A stretch of DNA of 64,000 nt from Octopus vulgaris (taxonomy: Eukaryota), in contig OX597825.1 in assembly GCA_951406725.2 (NCBI GenBank), forward strand, positions 31,806,001 to 31,870,000. Reading direction: 5' to 3'. Below are positions 48,441 through 62,636 of this stretch, piece by piece (the first letter of the stretch is position 1; each line of letters starts with the position of its first letter). Below the pieces are notes generated by a model. That model searched no databases, was not told the DNA's origin, and worked only from the letters and a program-made list of their open reading frames with translations. A program made the position numbers and the translations under genes.

Positions 48441-51400
48441 GGTGTTGAGTGTATTTACCCTCAATTGTGACACGATCCTTGGCAATAACGTATTGGTTGC
48501 TAACTGTACACCAAAGCATCACCACAGCTCTCCCTCTTTAAATACTGTTCACGTACGAGAAAATGAAATAAAATAAAATAAATGCATGGTGTTATTTTAT
48601 CTGTTTATTCATTTTTATCATGTCTGATATACGTATACGGGATAGGAGGTGTGAAGTAGATCTTTTATTATTAACAGCGACTAGGGAAGAACGAGATAGA
48701 TAGATATATTTATTAATCATTGTCTCGAAAAGACAAAGCACCTGCAGGTCTTTTGTTTCCGTTTAGCTGCATTATTAAGTGTGCATTATTACGGGAGTGT
48801 TCGTGCAGGGTGAGGTCAATAACCAACAAGTTGGACCTGTGAATACCAGAATAGTTTCTCCAATTAGGGTTCGATCTTGAGTTATGGATGATCCCAAATG
48901 TTAACTAAAAGAATTGTCTATTGAATTTTATTTTTTTTTAAATGTTTAAATACATAAACAGCCTGTTGTAAACTGGTTTTTTTTTAATTAGATAAATAGC
49001 GGGAATGTTGTGTATGGTGCAGTTGTTAAGTCTTATCAAACTGGATTATGGTTGCATTCCATCACATCTTTTGTATATCCAGAACTCTGTTATTCGATAC
49101 GCTTTTTTTCTTTCTTTTTTTTTTTAATGGTAGGCTGTGATTTGATGGATATTTTGCTGCTGTTTCCAGCAGGCAGAGCGATCTCGACTCACATCTCGTT
49201 GGTTCTCTGTGATACCGTGTATTGGGTTTTGTGAAAAGAGTTATCTGACACTGATGGAGAATGTGCAGTTTATTTGCTATGAATGCAACTACGCCGAAGA
49301 CCCAGTTTTCGGCAATGCAACAATGTTGATAAATAATAGCAATTACTATTTTTAATAATCAGTGTTGTATACAACAGTATCTGATCTAACTAGTAGTAGT
49401 TGTTTACCCCTTCTCCCGCGACCAATTACCAGAAGCATTCCAACCGTGGCCCTCCCATCTCTTCAGGTGTAGTGATTCATTATGTAATGCCTTTTTTTTT
49501 TCTTTTTAAATACAGAGCATTGGGAGTAATTTGAGAAGGATTTTTCGAGACGTTTCATGCACCTCAGTTGGCTTGACTTTGTGGTAGTTGTTTAGCTCCA
49601 AGCCTTTCCTAATCGAAAAAAAACTTTCATTAAAAGGCATTTCAGACACAACCATCCTGTTTTTTTAAGGATATTTAGGACTACATTATTTAATGGTCCT
49701 GTCCTTCTTCGTGAGGGGAATTTAGCTGCTATTTCTAGCAGATAGTGCGGTCACTTAGAGGTCTCTCTTTAGCTTGGTGTGGCATAGAGTAAATGGTTTT
49801 AAAACTGTAGCGTGGCTAGCTAAGCATTGTTTTAATTCACATTTGTGTATAATGTAGTTGCGTTGATTGATGTTATAATGAGAAATAATAGTTTTAAATA
49901 TAACCGTTCTAAACATTGCTGTGAGCGGTCTGCTCTCCGAGAGAAGTTCCTCCAAGCGAAAAGCGATTTTCGTTTTGTGCATCTTATTTTGAAATGTGAG
50001 AACTCGGGCTATATATTTTTATTTGTTCATTTATTTACTTGTATATCTGTAATTATCATTTAAAATAAACCTCTTTCCAAGGCGTAATCTTCGTTTATTT
50101 CCTTCGTTTGTTAATCACAACGACCGCCGCTACGCTTGTTAACTTTTAGATCTGTTATTGACTTGAACAAAGATTAGCGTTATTTCTATTACAATCAGTA
50201 GTTGTAGTAGTAGTAGTGGTGGTGGTGGTGGTATTATTTCATTGCAGCCTGGTGATGTTGCTGCTATTGCTGCCAACACTGTTGCACTGGCTGGCTTAAC
50301 TAACGACGTAATACTTTCTAGCTACAAACACAGCTCACTGAGCTGAGATAGACAGTTTAGAGAGCGCCGGACTAGCTACAGATAATGTTATGCAGCAAAT
50401 GTGTTTGTCGCCTCTTTTAATATTATCATTTTACTGAAGTATTTGTTCACAAAAAAAAAAAAAAAAAAAAATTCTAATTAATTGAAATAGCCCGCTGAGT
50501 CGGAGAAATTATACGCACCCACTCCTCTCCTTCCTACACCCCCCCAAAATAAACCCTAGTGGCAATTGTTAACGACTCTCCAGAAGAAAAATAATTTCAG
50601 TTAATTTATGTGTAGAGCAGGGGTTCCTGATCTGGAATGTAAGATGATATTCCAGGAGTTGCAGCAAAGAGGGTAAAGTAATCATTAACTATTATTATTC
50701 TACCAGTGCTGCGTGTGGTTTATCATCATCGTCGTCGTCATCGTTTTACATCTGCTTTCCATGCTGACATGAGTCAGATGTGTCGTCATGGTGTGAACCA
50801 GTTCTTATTGGGAGACACTGCTCTCACAGACTGGTATCAACGTCACGTTGATTTGGTTCCTATGGCTAGATGCTCTTCTTGTCGCTAACCACTTCACAGA
50901 GTATACTGGGTATATTTTAGAGGCACTACAGAGGTTAAGTCCTCATTGAAATAGGACTTAAGGGACATCTTAACTCTAGCTTCTCCTTTGCTCATTTACC
51001 ATCCATTTTACAGTGTGAACTGGCTAAATTTTCCTGGCACCCACATTAGTGAGGTTGTCAAGTCCTTGGCAAGACAGGACTAAAGAGGCCTCTCGAATCT
51101 ACTTTTCCTCTGCTCACCAATCACTCTACAAGCTGCACCAGGGTGTAGGGAAAATTATTTTAACATTGATGTTTTCATCTTCAAATAGAACATTACTTTG
51201 TAAGAACTTTGAACATTTATCACATATTTCCTAGAGCATAGAAAAGGTTGGATAAAAAGTTTGATATTTGTCTACAAGCAAGGGACAACTCTGGACATAT
51301 TTCAGTCTATTATACCTCACCAAGGTACTATAGTCTAACTGAAGTTGACAAGCAGTTAAGATTTTTACATATAGCATGTGCTATGAATAATTTTGACCAG

Positions 51401-51766
51401 TGTAACTTGCATCATTAAAAATATGAGTCTAGGAAAATCACTCAAATGGACCGGGAGCTTGCTTCCTAGTTACATCGTTTCAGGTTCAGTCCCACTGCGT
51501 GGCACTTTGGGTAGGTGTCTTCTACTATAGCCCCGAGCCGACCGGAGCTTTGTGATTGAATTCGGTAGGCGGAAGTTACTGCCGTGTATGTATATGTGCG
51601 TGTAGGTGCTCAGTGCCTCTCCGAAAGAGAGAGAGAGAGGGGACCAATGGCATAAATTTAGATATTTAAGTTAATAGGAAATGTACTGAATACTGTATGT
51701 AAGAAGAAAAAAATTAAAATTCTTCAAATATCTCTGTTTGCTCTTTCCTAATCACCTCTACCCCAA

Positions 51767-51819
<53 letters not shown>

Positions 51820-54413
51820 ATGCATGCATACCTGTTAGTTATTGGGAAAAGAAATGAAAGGGCTTAATTGTTAGTGACTGCAACTCTTGCAGAGACTAAT
51901 AATTCCTGCTAGACTTTTGTTTTCTGTTTCCAACTAAGAGGTAAATTTTGATTAATTGAGAATTGTTTCCATGCATCATTCAGTTCATCACCTCGTCAGC
52001 TAAAATGGCATTGACCAAATTGAGTTGTTTCCCTTAGCTCAATTTATTTTGTAACACACATCCCTGGATCATTGATTATTATTTTATTTTATTTTTCCCT
52101 TTCACTTCCTGTTTTATAAACCCTACTATTTATCCAATGAACCAGTATTATAATGGTTTGATTCAATCGACTACACTCACCTATACCTTATAAAATTGCC
52201 CATGTGCCTATGTGCAAAAATCAATATTATTCAGCTACACAAAATTGGATTGTTTTGCATGCATGCACACACATACACACAGCTGTCCCATAGTTAAAAC
52301 AGCATTTACATTATACAGATGTTTGGATACTGAATTACCTATGGAACACCTGATAGTGTATGTGTGTGTGCATGCATATATGTGATCCTGTACACTCGTG
52401 TGTGTGCATGTTTTCTATTCATTACATGCTCCTCTTATAGGTTCGCTCTACTGGAGAATCAAGCTGAATTTGATAGTAAATCTTCTCCAAAATAATTCTT
52501 ACAGTCGCTTCTTCTATACGCATCACATATTTACACTGAAGATATTTTTATAAACCAAACTGAGTAACAGTTGGAGATCTTGTTATTGATTTTGATATTA
52601 CCTGCTCTCTGCTTTCAGTTATTTATAGAAATATTCTATAATGTATTTGGATATTGAATGTCGTTCTCCTATCCACACTTCAAAATCGTTTCATAAAACC
52701 TTTCTATTAATCATTGAAGAAATAAAAATAATGATTTCTTAATGTTATGTTCTGAACTTGGATCATAAAGATACATAGCTAAGTATGCAACACCATTTAG
52801 TCTAACAGTTTACAGTGTCTACCAATCCAATTGCCTTCACTGTGGTTTCTGGTTTTAACACAAGGCTGGCAGTCTTAAGGAAAGGGGTGTAAGCAATTAC
52901 ATTAATCCCCGTACTTGACTGGTACTTCATTTTTATCAAAAGCAAAGTTGATCCCTATTGGAATCAAAATCAGAACACGAAGAGTAGAAAGAAATATTGT
53001 GAGGCATTTAGTGTATGATGCTCTACTTATTGATTGTACCAGCTTACTGCTTTAAGCTCCCTTAATAATATTAATGGTATCTTTCTTTAAACTGGCACAA
53101 AGCCCTGAATTTGTAAGTGAAAGGTATGTATAGTTTATTGAATTGATCTAGTACATGATTGGTATTTACTGACCACTGAAATGCTAAGTGACACCTAATG
53201 AGATATGAACTCACAATGTAAAGAGATAAAATTAAATATGGTTTCAGACATCTACAGCCATTTTCTCCAGATGAACTGTAACACTGCATTTATTATGAAT
53301 TTAAGTACTGCTTTATACGTTTAAGTGCAGGTAAAACTGAGTGGATAAGAAATTCTTTTTATAATTACAAGGTCTTGGGATCAATTCTATTGCATGGGAT
53401 CTTGCGCAAATGTCTTGTATTAGAACCTCAAGTAGATCAAAGACTTGTGAATAGAACTGAATAAACAGAAACTGCTTGAAAGTTCACCATAGGGCTGTAC
53501 CTGGTATATTCTGGTATATTAAAGGGCTAGGTTTGTCATCCTGTCCCACACTGATTTTGCCGGAGAGTTACATTAAGGGTGTTTATCTGTGGAATACTCA
53601 TACCACTTACATTATAATTCAATTTGTAAGTAGTTCAGTTGTTGATCAAACAACTGGCATTCTCATTGTGAAAACCAATGAAGGATCAATTTGTTGATCC
53701 AGGCTTTAGCTCAGTTATTGATAGACCATCTTGCATTCAATTATCATGACACCAACATTAGAAAAGTTGTCTAAATATAAACATAAACAGCAAATCTCAA
53801 AAGGCTCAGTGATATTTTTCTTAAATAAATTATGCTTATAAATTGTAGGCACAGTGTTAAGAAGTTTGCTTTGCAACCATGTGATTCTAGTTCAATCCCA
53901 CTGCATGACACTTTCAGCAAATGTCATTTTCTATAGCCTCAGGTTAGCCTATTCATTGTGAGTGAAACCAGATAGATGGAAACTGTGTAGAAGCCTGTTG
54001 GATGGACTGCACCTATAATTCAAGTGACAACCTTGTCACACACAGTGTTATACTGATTCTGCCTTAGGATTATGTTCAGGGTACTCAGCCTTTTACAAGT
54101 CCAGGAGCAGATAATTTAGCTGATTGAACTACTGAATCCATATTGTCGAATGATGGAAATTCACCACTTCTAAATTCCTCCACTCTGAAACTCTTCCAAA
54201 ACCTTCAACTAATTAATTTGAACCTTTCTAAAGTTATTCTAAAACTATTAAATTAATTTTATTCACCATGGCAATGTGTCCACTTCCTTTTCAATCTTCA
54301 TAGCCCCACCACCTCCTTATAAGAAACACTGCACTAAGCTATCAATCCTTATAAGATAGTTTTGACAGTGGCTCCTGTTTGTGTCAGTGAGAAGATAATC
54401 TTTCTTTCAACAG

Positions 54414-54503
54414 AAGATAATTTGTGTAGTAAATGCGTACAGTGATTTTTTAAAAAAATCACCTTTTTAGAAATGGATAAAAGTGAAGAACTTATCAGAA
54501 GCG
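54414..54503 (+). other. Candidate exon containing a start codon (MDKSEELIRS, phase 1)
   Basis: Acceptor TCTTTCTTTCAACAG| (alternative TTTTTAG| at 54470), upstream in-frame TGA, gaaATGG at 54473, donor GCG|GTAAGC at 54504. No homology recognised. Confidence 0.3.
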
Positions 54504-57309
54504 GTAAGCTCCCTCCCTATAAGCCAAGTCCCTAACTCAGGTTCTACTCCCAAAAAATACACACACCTTTCTTGAAATCAGTAAGATTCCGTACCAGTTT
54601 ACAGCTATTACTATACAGCTGTAAACTGATTACTAATCAAGCAGTTGATTCTATTTCTAAGTTCACTTGTAGGTTGGTATTTGACTTCAGTTCATATTAG
54701 AGTACCACCAGATACTTGCAATCTTAATGCATTGACCTTGCATATTGTGGATTTATTGGTTACTAATCACTAATAGATTAGTACTATGCTTTGGTTCATT
54801 TTGATTTTTGACCTATGTTGGCTGAGGTTTTGAATGTTATAATAAACTAACAGTCTTCAGTATAGTTGTTTAGTTGCAGGTCAAATATGGATCAATCAGA
54901 CGTATTGTCTAAAACATTCCATTCTAGGAGTACATTACTCAGTGTATCTTTCTTTAAGATGGTAGGTTTTGATTTGAGGGAGATTTTGGTTGATATTGGA
55001 GGCCATCATTCTTAGTTATGTTTCAAACAGTCACTGTAACTTTATTTAAACTAAATATACTTTTAAAAAATTATCTGTTTTTAGACTTCTTTTGGTTATA
55101 TTTTCCTTATCGTATCATAAAAAAAAAGAAGATAAATTGAAACTAGAACATGATATAATTTACATTATTGTTTAAACTGTTGTTTCTTATCAGAATCAGT
55201 AGATTCCAGAGAGAGAGAGAGAGAGAGAGAGATTATTCTTTCTTTTTTCGTTTCATATTATTCGGCTTTGACTTTGACTTCAATTTCCATGGATTTCTTT
55301 TTCTTATCATTCCAGAGTTTATTGCTTCCATTCTTTCGTTCTCAATAATTGTTTTCTTCAATATATCATTTTAATGTCCGTTCTCTCATACTTGTGTGTG
55401 TGTGCTTTCATTTTGCATTAGGTTAAACTGCCTGTTGTTCCTGGATATCAGCAGGCTAGTATTGGTGTATTACAGCAACCTTAGAAACACTATTTAAATA
55501 TTATTTTTTTTATTTTTAAATATTGGGGAAAAATGCAATAATCTGAAGTATCTTTTAATATTCTGATCTTTATATTAGATTTCTTTGAGAAACTTTATTC
55601 TTCTAAATGGTGTTCAGACTGGTTTTCGTTATCAGACTTTTGTGTAATGCGACTTTCTACTTCAGTGTCCACAGAAAGTATATCTTTAATATTTGCATTG
55701 ATGGGAAAATGAACAGACTATGACAAAATATAATGGCATATATTTATTACTATCCAGGATAGATTGTAAAAGAAAAATAAGAAAAATAATGTAAATTATC
55801 TTAAGCTCCAGTTTTGTTGTAAATGATTTTACCAAAAGTTAACTAGTTTAAATTGCATGAAACATTTCATGTAGTTATTCCATTTACTGTGTAGTTGCCA
55901 AAATTTCACCCACATGTTTTTAGTCAAAATTCCTTCTCCAGCTTTTGGTTAACTGAAGGCTTACAATAGGAAACACATGCCCAAAGCACCATGCAGTGAG
56001 ACAAAACCCTGAACCATGTGAGTGCAAAGCCAGCTTCTCAACCCCCATGACCATATTTCAATGATGTATCAGAAGTAGCTTTTTCTTTTGAAGGAATTGG
56101 ACTCAGTAATGCAAACAAATACCCTTTCCTCATGAGTTCTAAAATGCCATTACTCACAATAGATTATACCTTCTTTGTGATTGATCTTTTATTAACATCT
56201 AGTTGTCTTGACAACTCACACAACACATTATTGCTAACAGGATGTGAACCAGTGACCACTTGATAGGTTGTTTGTTATTCTATCCACTTGGCCATTTACT
56301 CTCTGATTCATTACTTTAGCATGATGTTCTTAGTTTCTCTTGCTTAACTTTAATTCAGCCCCGATTAAGATAGCCTTATTAGCAAAGGTGTTCCAGATGT
56401 GACCATTGCCTTTTTTTAAAAATTTCTATTCCATACAGTGTATTTAGGACTACTTTATTCAACATCTTCCTTTTTCATGATGATACAGTATTGAGATCAA
56501 TTTAGCTGCTGTTTTTAGTTGGTTCATTGAGTATATTCCATCAAGCATGTACTGGTTAAACTCTAGTTTTAAATGTACCTCCTATTGCAAAAATGTTGTA
56601 TTAGATCACCAGTTTATTAGCCACTAGCTTATAAATAAAATGTTTTTATTGCATTTGAGATTAACATTACACAAATTGATTTAGCTTCAGTTTTGTTTTT
56701 TGTTTTGTTTTTTAATTTCGTTTCCGCAAGTGGACATGTTCATTAAACTAGTACTTTCCCTCCTCCCTCTACAGTAATTTATACTGTCAACATGAATTAG
56801 CAGTAATATGATTATGACTAAGTGCGTGCTAATTCTAAATCACCTTCAGCTTTGATTTACTCATTTATGTTCAAACCAATAAGGAAGTCTACACATGGTT
56901 GCTCATCCTGCTAGACAAAGCACTCAAATCCTTAATGCATATTCTGCCATTTTGTAAAAATTTCACTTTGGAGAACATAACCCAGTGTACTCTACATCAA
57001 AAAGCAGATGAGATGGTCATGGTTCTAATTCTTTTAATCATAAATTTTCCCAGTCATATCTGACTTGGAGTTAAACAACAAAAACACAGAGAAAAACCAT
57101 GAAATTCGCAATAGAATATGAGTTACCTCTCTATTATGAGAGGGAAAGAGACCATACATTCCAATAAGTATAAGCCATTCTGTTAATTCCAGTACAGCCA
57201 AAACTATGCACACTCCCTCCAGAATGCCATATTCTCCTTTTTGTAGATCTGGCAGAGTTGCAGGAGCAGACGACACAGCAGAACCTGTGTGCCACTCGAT
57301 GGTTAATTT

Positions 57310-58090
57310 TGGATGCTGCTGGATGATGGTGACAGACTTCTTCAAACAACTGCTATCAAGATGCATCTCCAAATACTGTGCCAGAAAACTTCATTCCCAA
57401 TTAGTTTTGCTAGATTCTCAGTTTGAAGTTGTCTTTGCCAATGTAGTTGAGTTGTCTTTGTTCTCTATTAAGGTGTAGAATCCTCCAAAATATAAATCCC
57501 CTGATCTGGTCTGTTGTTCTGTACAATAGTAATAGCCAGCAAAGTTTACTCTGCATTGAGCAGCAGCAGTAACAGTAGCAGTAGTAGTAGTAGAGATAGG
57601 TGGAATGTGTCCATAAATCTTCTCTTTGCTCTTGTGTTTCATGCCATGAAAATATTTTGAACGATTGTGAGAAACCTGATGTATGTATTATCAATGAAGA
57701 TCCTTTGTAGTCCATATTTTCAACTCCATAAAGAAGAATACTGTCCACAGTCGCCCTGAAAAATGCAAACCTTAACTTTTAAATACTACTTGATTGCCAG
57801 ATGTGACATACACTCCTGGCTAGGTGCTTGCATGAAAGGTTTTTTTTTGTCTTTTTACTTTGTCAGCAACATAGCTACTTAAAAGCGCTGACCTCCTTAA
57901 GTTGTGTATCATCATTGGAGCCAATTGGTAGGTGGCTTTCATCTTTACTGATGATCATATATTCAGTTTTCTTTACGTTGAGAACCAGACCTGTTGGAAA
58001 AAGACATGTGGTTCAAGCTGGATCCAAGCACTCAATTCCTTGTTTCTGGAGGTTATAATCCTGTAATTGCTTGGAATAATGCTGGAAGTG
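57310..58090 (-). mobile_element. RTE-like LINE 3' fragment (degenerate)
   Basis: VSAFK*L (FKYLG-like), ATVDSILLYGVE and RVNFAGY (RLRFAGH-like), in order. Confidence 0.7.
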
Positions 58091-58807
58091 CTTTCTTATA
58101 TATAATTAACAGATTTGTTGTATATGTTGAGATTTCATCCTCACAACTTTAGTCACATTGTGTAGAACATTATTCTGTTTACACCAACAGTCAACATCAT
58201 GTGCTCAACTGAGTGATACATTTTGGTAAGCTATCATATTTCAGTTGCTCTTTCTTTAGCTCTATATTTTTTTTATTTATAAATTGATTGTTGTAATTGG
58301 GCAATTTAATTTTTTTTTTAATAGCATGGGCTCAACTAAGAATTTAGTCATCACATCATAATAAAATGGAGTATACTTTAAGACTTAAAACAGTCACAAC
58401 CCAAATGCTTGATATTAAACTTTGTAAAAATAAAATAGAAAATTTTGATTTATTCTTTGCTTTAAGGATTTAGTTAAAATTAATTAAACTCGAATAGTCA
58501 TAAAGCCATACTACTTTGATGTGTGTTTATTTTATGTTTCCACCATCATTTTTAGAGCTGCTTTCTCTGCTGATTGAGACCAGAGGGGTTATCATAGTCC
58601 CAGTTTGTGGATTGGGTGCATTTTCTTATGGCACCAACATAAAAATTCTTCTTTAGAAATTGATCTGCAACAATCTCAGTCCCATGAGTATTGGATAATG
58701 GATTTTCAGCTGTGTAAAGAAACTGATTGTGGTGATCATCGTTTTGACGGTGATTGTGGTGAAAGCAGAGACAGTGTTGATGATGACGATGGTCGAGATA
58801 AGTATGG

Positions 58808-58927
58808 GAGGGAGTTATGTTTTTGCCAGCGTTGGTTTGGGAAATTGGGCGATTTTCAGCATGCGTGTATATGGGTGGAAATGAGCTGCTTGGCGGAGGT
58901 CTGCTCTCTCCGAGTGCTTTTCTAGTT
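58808..58927 (+). mobile_element. Helentron-associated (HINE/DINE-1-like) non-autonomous element remnant
   Basis: GGAGTTATGTTTTTGCCAGCGTTGGTTT...CTTGGCGGAGGT-CT-GCTCTCTCCGAGTGC (stem-loop)-TTTTCTAGTTT, which I recall as a subterminal repeat + hairpin + T-rich end of this element class. Confidence 0.6.
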
Positions 58928-61866
58928 TAAAAAATAGCAGAAAGTTCTTTAAAGGATTTAGCTTCTATCTTAAGCTGTAGGCCTACATACAGGCTCCTTT
59001 TGTCTGTTCATGACTTCCATACTATCTGAGTATATGCTTGTGTATCTGTATGTGTGTGAGTTGGAGAATGGGATGTTAAGTGGTGTCAGCAGCAGTGGTG
59101 GTGTGGGCATCGAATGTGGTTAATGTGTCAAATGTGCAAAGTGTATCTGATGAGTTGTTGGCTTCTGGTAATGTAAGTTGGAATCAGGAAAGAGTTGTTG
59201 TTTTTTTTTCTGCTATAGGCACAGGGCCTGGAATTTTAGGAGGGTGGTGGTGGGGCTAGTTACTCAACTGGTACTTTATTTTATCAACCCCAAAAAGGCA
59301 AAGTTTCTCTTGGCAGAATTTGGGCTCAGAACATAAAACCAAAAATAATGCTGCTAAGAATTTTGTCCTGCATGCTAATGATTCTACCAGCTTCTGCTGC
59401 TATGAATAATTCTTTTGAAGGAGATTATTCTTATGGCATACAGAGACATAAGCTTAACTCCAGTTTCCACTGCATTAGGTAGATGAAAGCTAGAATTCCC
59501 TCTGGCTAAGACCACTGATTTATTACAAATAGATTTTCCTGTGGTAAGAATTGAACTCAACACTGTTGGCCTTTCAAAATGTGCAATAATACCACAGTGA
59601 GATTTTTGCGGCAAATTACACCACCTGTAATATTTACTTACATATAGATGAATTCAGCTCCTTTAGTTAAATGTCTTGGTCTTGCACACAGTGTATGTAG
59701 CAATATAATATGAATTGTTGATTCCTCAGTTGGTTGTTTGCCTTGTAAATCTTGCCTTCTTGCTCTTGAAAGATAAAGAGAAATGGTTGCAATCTGATAT
59801 TGAAACAAAAGTGAAAATAACTAACTACAATCCTTTAAGTCCCATAATTATCCTAGTCATTATCATTGGAACTAATAATCATGATGATGGATCTCAATAC
59901 ATGTTTTGATATATAGCATTCTCATGTTTCCATGCTGTAAATGACATAATTGAATTAATGGTCTGAAGCTTTATAATCTAACAGCGACAGTTTTTCTATT
60001 TTAATCAGTGTTTCTGTTGAAGCATGAGTATAGTAATTGGATTAGTTGAAAATGTAGTTGATAACATATTTTAAAATTTTTTTATTTCATTTTATTTAGT
60101 TGTATTTTCTAACCCCAAATGATGTGAAATAAATCCCAATGAAAAGTTTTTACCCGACTTCTTAAAGTGATATGTTAACTAGCTCATATCTTAAGAAATA
60201 TATGCTAAAACAACAGCTTGCTGTTTGTTTGAAGTGCTTCAATGGAGAGATTTGTTTATCTTGGTGTTGCAGCTTAACTCTAGCAAACGCTATTTTCATA
60301 CTTAGAATCTACAAAAAAACATCTGTTTATACGTTAATGCTGTATAACATACATTGCCCGACTATTATCTGTATGAGTGTGTGTGTCTGTATGTGTGTGT
60401 TCCATGAATTGTCTGCTATTGTTTTTGTTTTTGATAGCAGGTGTCATTAGAGGAGTGTTTTATATATATATAGTGACAAACTAGAGTTCGTTGTGCTTTT
60501 ATGAATGATCGTCTCAATCAGTTCTCATTGGACAAGTATCACTGATCAAATATGATGCTCACCAGATATTTTGCAGATTTAGATGTGTCTCATTATCCTT
60601 TTACTAACTATCTTATAAAAATTCTTCAAATATGGAAATCAGGATTAAATCTCAGAGATTATTAACTACCTAACTGCTCATTGATTCATCAGTCTTCACC
60701 AACATTCTGTTATTAACCAACATTTAACTACCATTCTTGCTCATGCAAATTGGATCCGAAAGATGTCAAAAAAGTAGAACTGTACAAACAAACAAGAGTA
60801 TAGAATAATTAATTTTAAGTGTATGAAAGAAAAAGAGGAAAGTTCAGTGTTTCTTAACTTTCCAGGTCATACCTGCTAATGACAGCTAAACATGTTTGAT
60901 TGTGTTTTCAGTCACATATTTTTGCTTGTTTTGCAAAAAATTGACATGGACTCCTCTTCCGCATATGGCATTGTGAATTTTTTTTTTTTTTACATAATTT
61001 TTAATTGTTTATTTATGATGATACTTAATGGATTTCTACTTTCTGCTGGTGTCTGGGGAGAGATTAAAACATCAGTACAAATGTAGAATGCTTATTATTA
61101 TTAATTCATAACTCTCTCTCTCTCTGATTATCTTAATTGGGGGATTTAGTAGTTCACTATTCAATAAGATATTTGATACAGATTAAAATAGTTTATTTTC
61201 ATTTGAATAAAGCCTTACACATGAGCAGACAGTTTATGTAAATATTTTCAGGACCCAGGACCCTTATATATTGCCTTATAAGTGAAATTGAGACTACTTC
61301 ATAGCTACATTCAAAAACAATTTGTCAGCAGTGAGCGAAAGAAGGAGGTGGAGGAGGGGGGAGTGTGCATGTGAGAAAGCAAGGACCAAACTACATGTTT
61401 GCACATCGAACCAATGTCATTTGGTTTATCTAAGGTGGAACAAATTGTTTTAATATATATATATATATATTTGTACATACGTGTGTGTATTGTAATTTTA
61501 TTTAACAATCTACATTTATCACATTAGGTATTAGTTCTGGCTAGTCACCACATGGATAGACCAAGGTATTAATTAGATTACAAATTACACTTTGTTAGAC
61601 TTATTTTGTGTAATGTTTGGAATATTGCCTAAACTCTTGATAAAAGAAAGCAAAATTCACTTCTATTTGTATACATTTCAAGAAAGTCTTTTCAGATATC
61701 CCAATACATACATAAATGCATACGCGTGTTGTGTGCTATGTTTTCAACTTGTTGTAAAGGTATTTGTTTGTAATGTGATAGTTTGGTTGTGCTTTATTTT
61801 GTGTATGTCTCTTTTTTTTTTTCCTCCCATGTACCTTATCTTTTATAATTGTTTTATTATATGCAG

Positions 61867-61968
61867 GAGTCGATGTTATGTAATATCTGGCAGATATCAA
61901 GGTCGAAATAGAGAAGCTGCTTGTTAATTTCCACTTTAAACCATAACACGAAGAAATAGCAATGCATT
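61867..61968 (+). other. Candidate 5'-UTR/start exon
   Basis: T-rich acceptor TTTTATTATATGCAG| and donor ATGCATT|GTGAGT. Stops in all three frames, with a terminal ATG-CAT-T in phase 1. Confidence 0.25.
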
Positions 61969-62604
61969 GTGAGTTCTGTCTGTTTTCATTTGCAGTTGTT
62001 TGAAGATGAAGGTGGGGAAAAAAATGTGAAAACCTGATAAACAGTTATAGGAAAAGTGAAAACCAACTTCTGTACCACCCACAATGTCCTATGTGTATGT
62101 GTGTGTATGCATGCTCAGCATTAGTATTCCAGTCACTCTGAGGACATACAAACATCAATATTTGCCTGTTATAAGGGCATTAGTTTGGCAGTGGTGACTC
62201 AACCAGCAAAGGCCACATTGTCAATACTTTCTATTTTGCATAATTTTAGATCTTTCTTTCTATCTTTTCTTTTCTTTTATTTTCCTTTCCACCCCCCCTT
62301 CTTCTTTCCATGATTGTTTTAGTAAATTACTGGTAATTAAATTAGTTGATGTAAGTCATAGGCTCACCACTACAAGCTTGTGAAAGAGTGGGAGAGGGGG
62401 GGGGGAATAATACATGGTAGAAATCCAATTGCTGCAAAGTGACAGTAGTCTCAGGTTCCTTGACCAGAATCAACTACTGGTACTTCTATTAATAATCCTT
62501 GAGATAAGTACGATGAAATGGGCCAAGCAGAATTTAAACTGAGAATATAGATAAACCAGACCGAATATCCTAATACATTTTGTCTGATTATTCCAATCTG
62601 TTAA

Positions 62605-62636
<32 letters not shown>

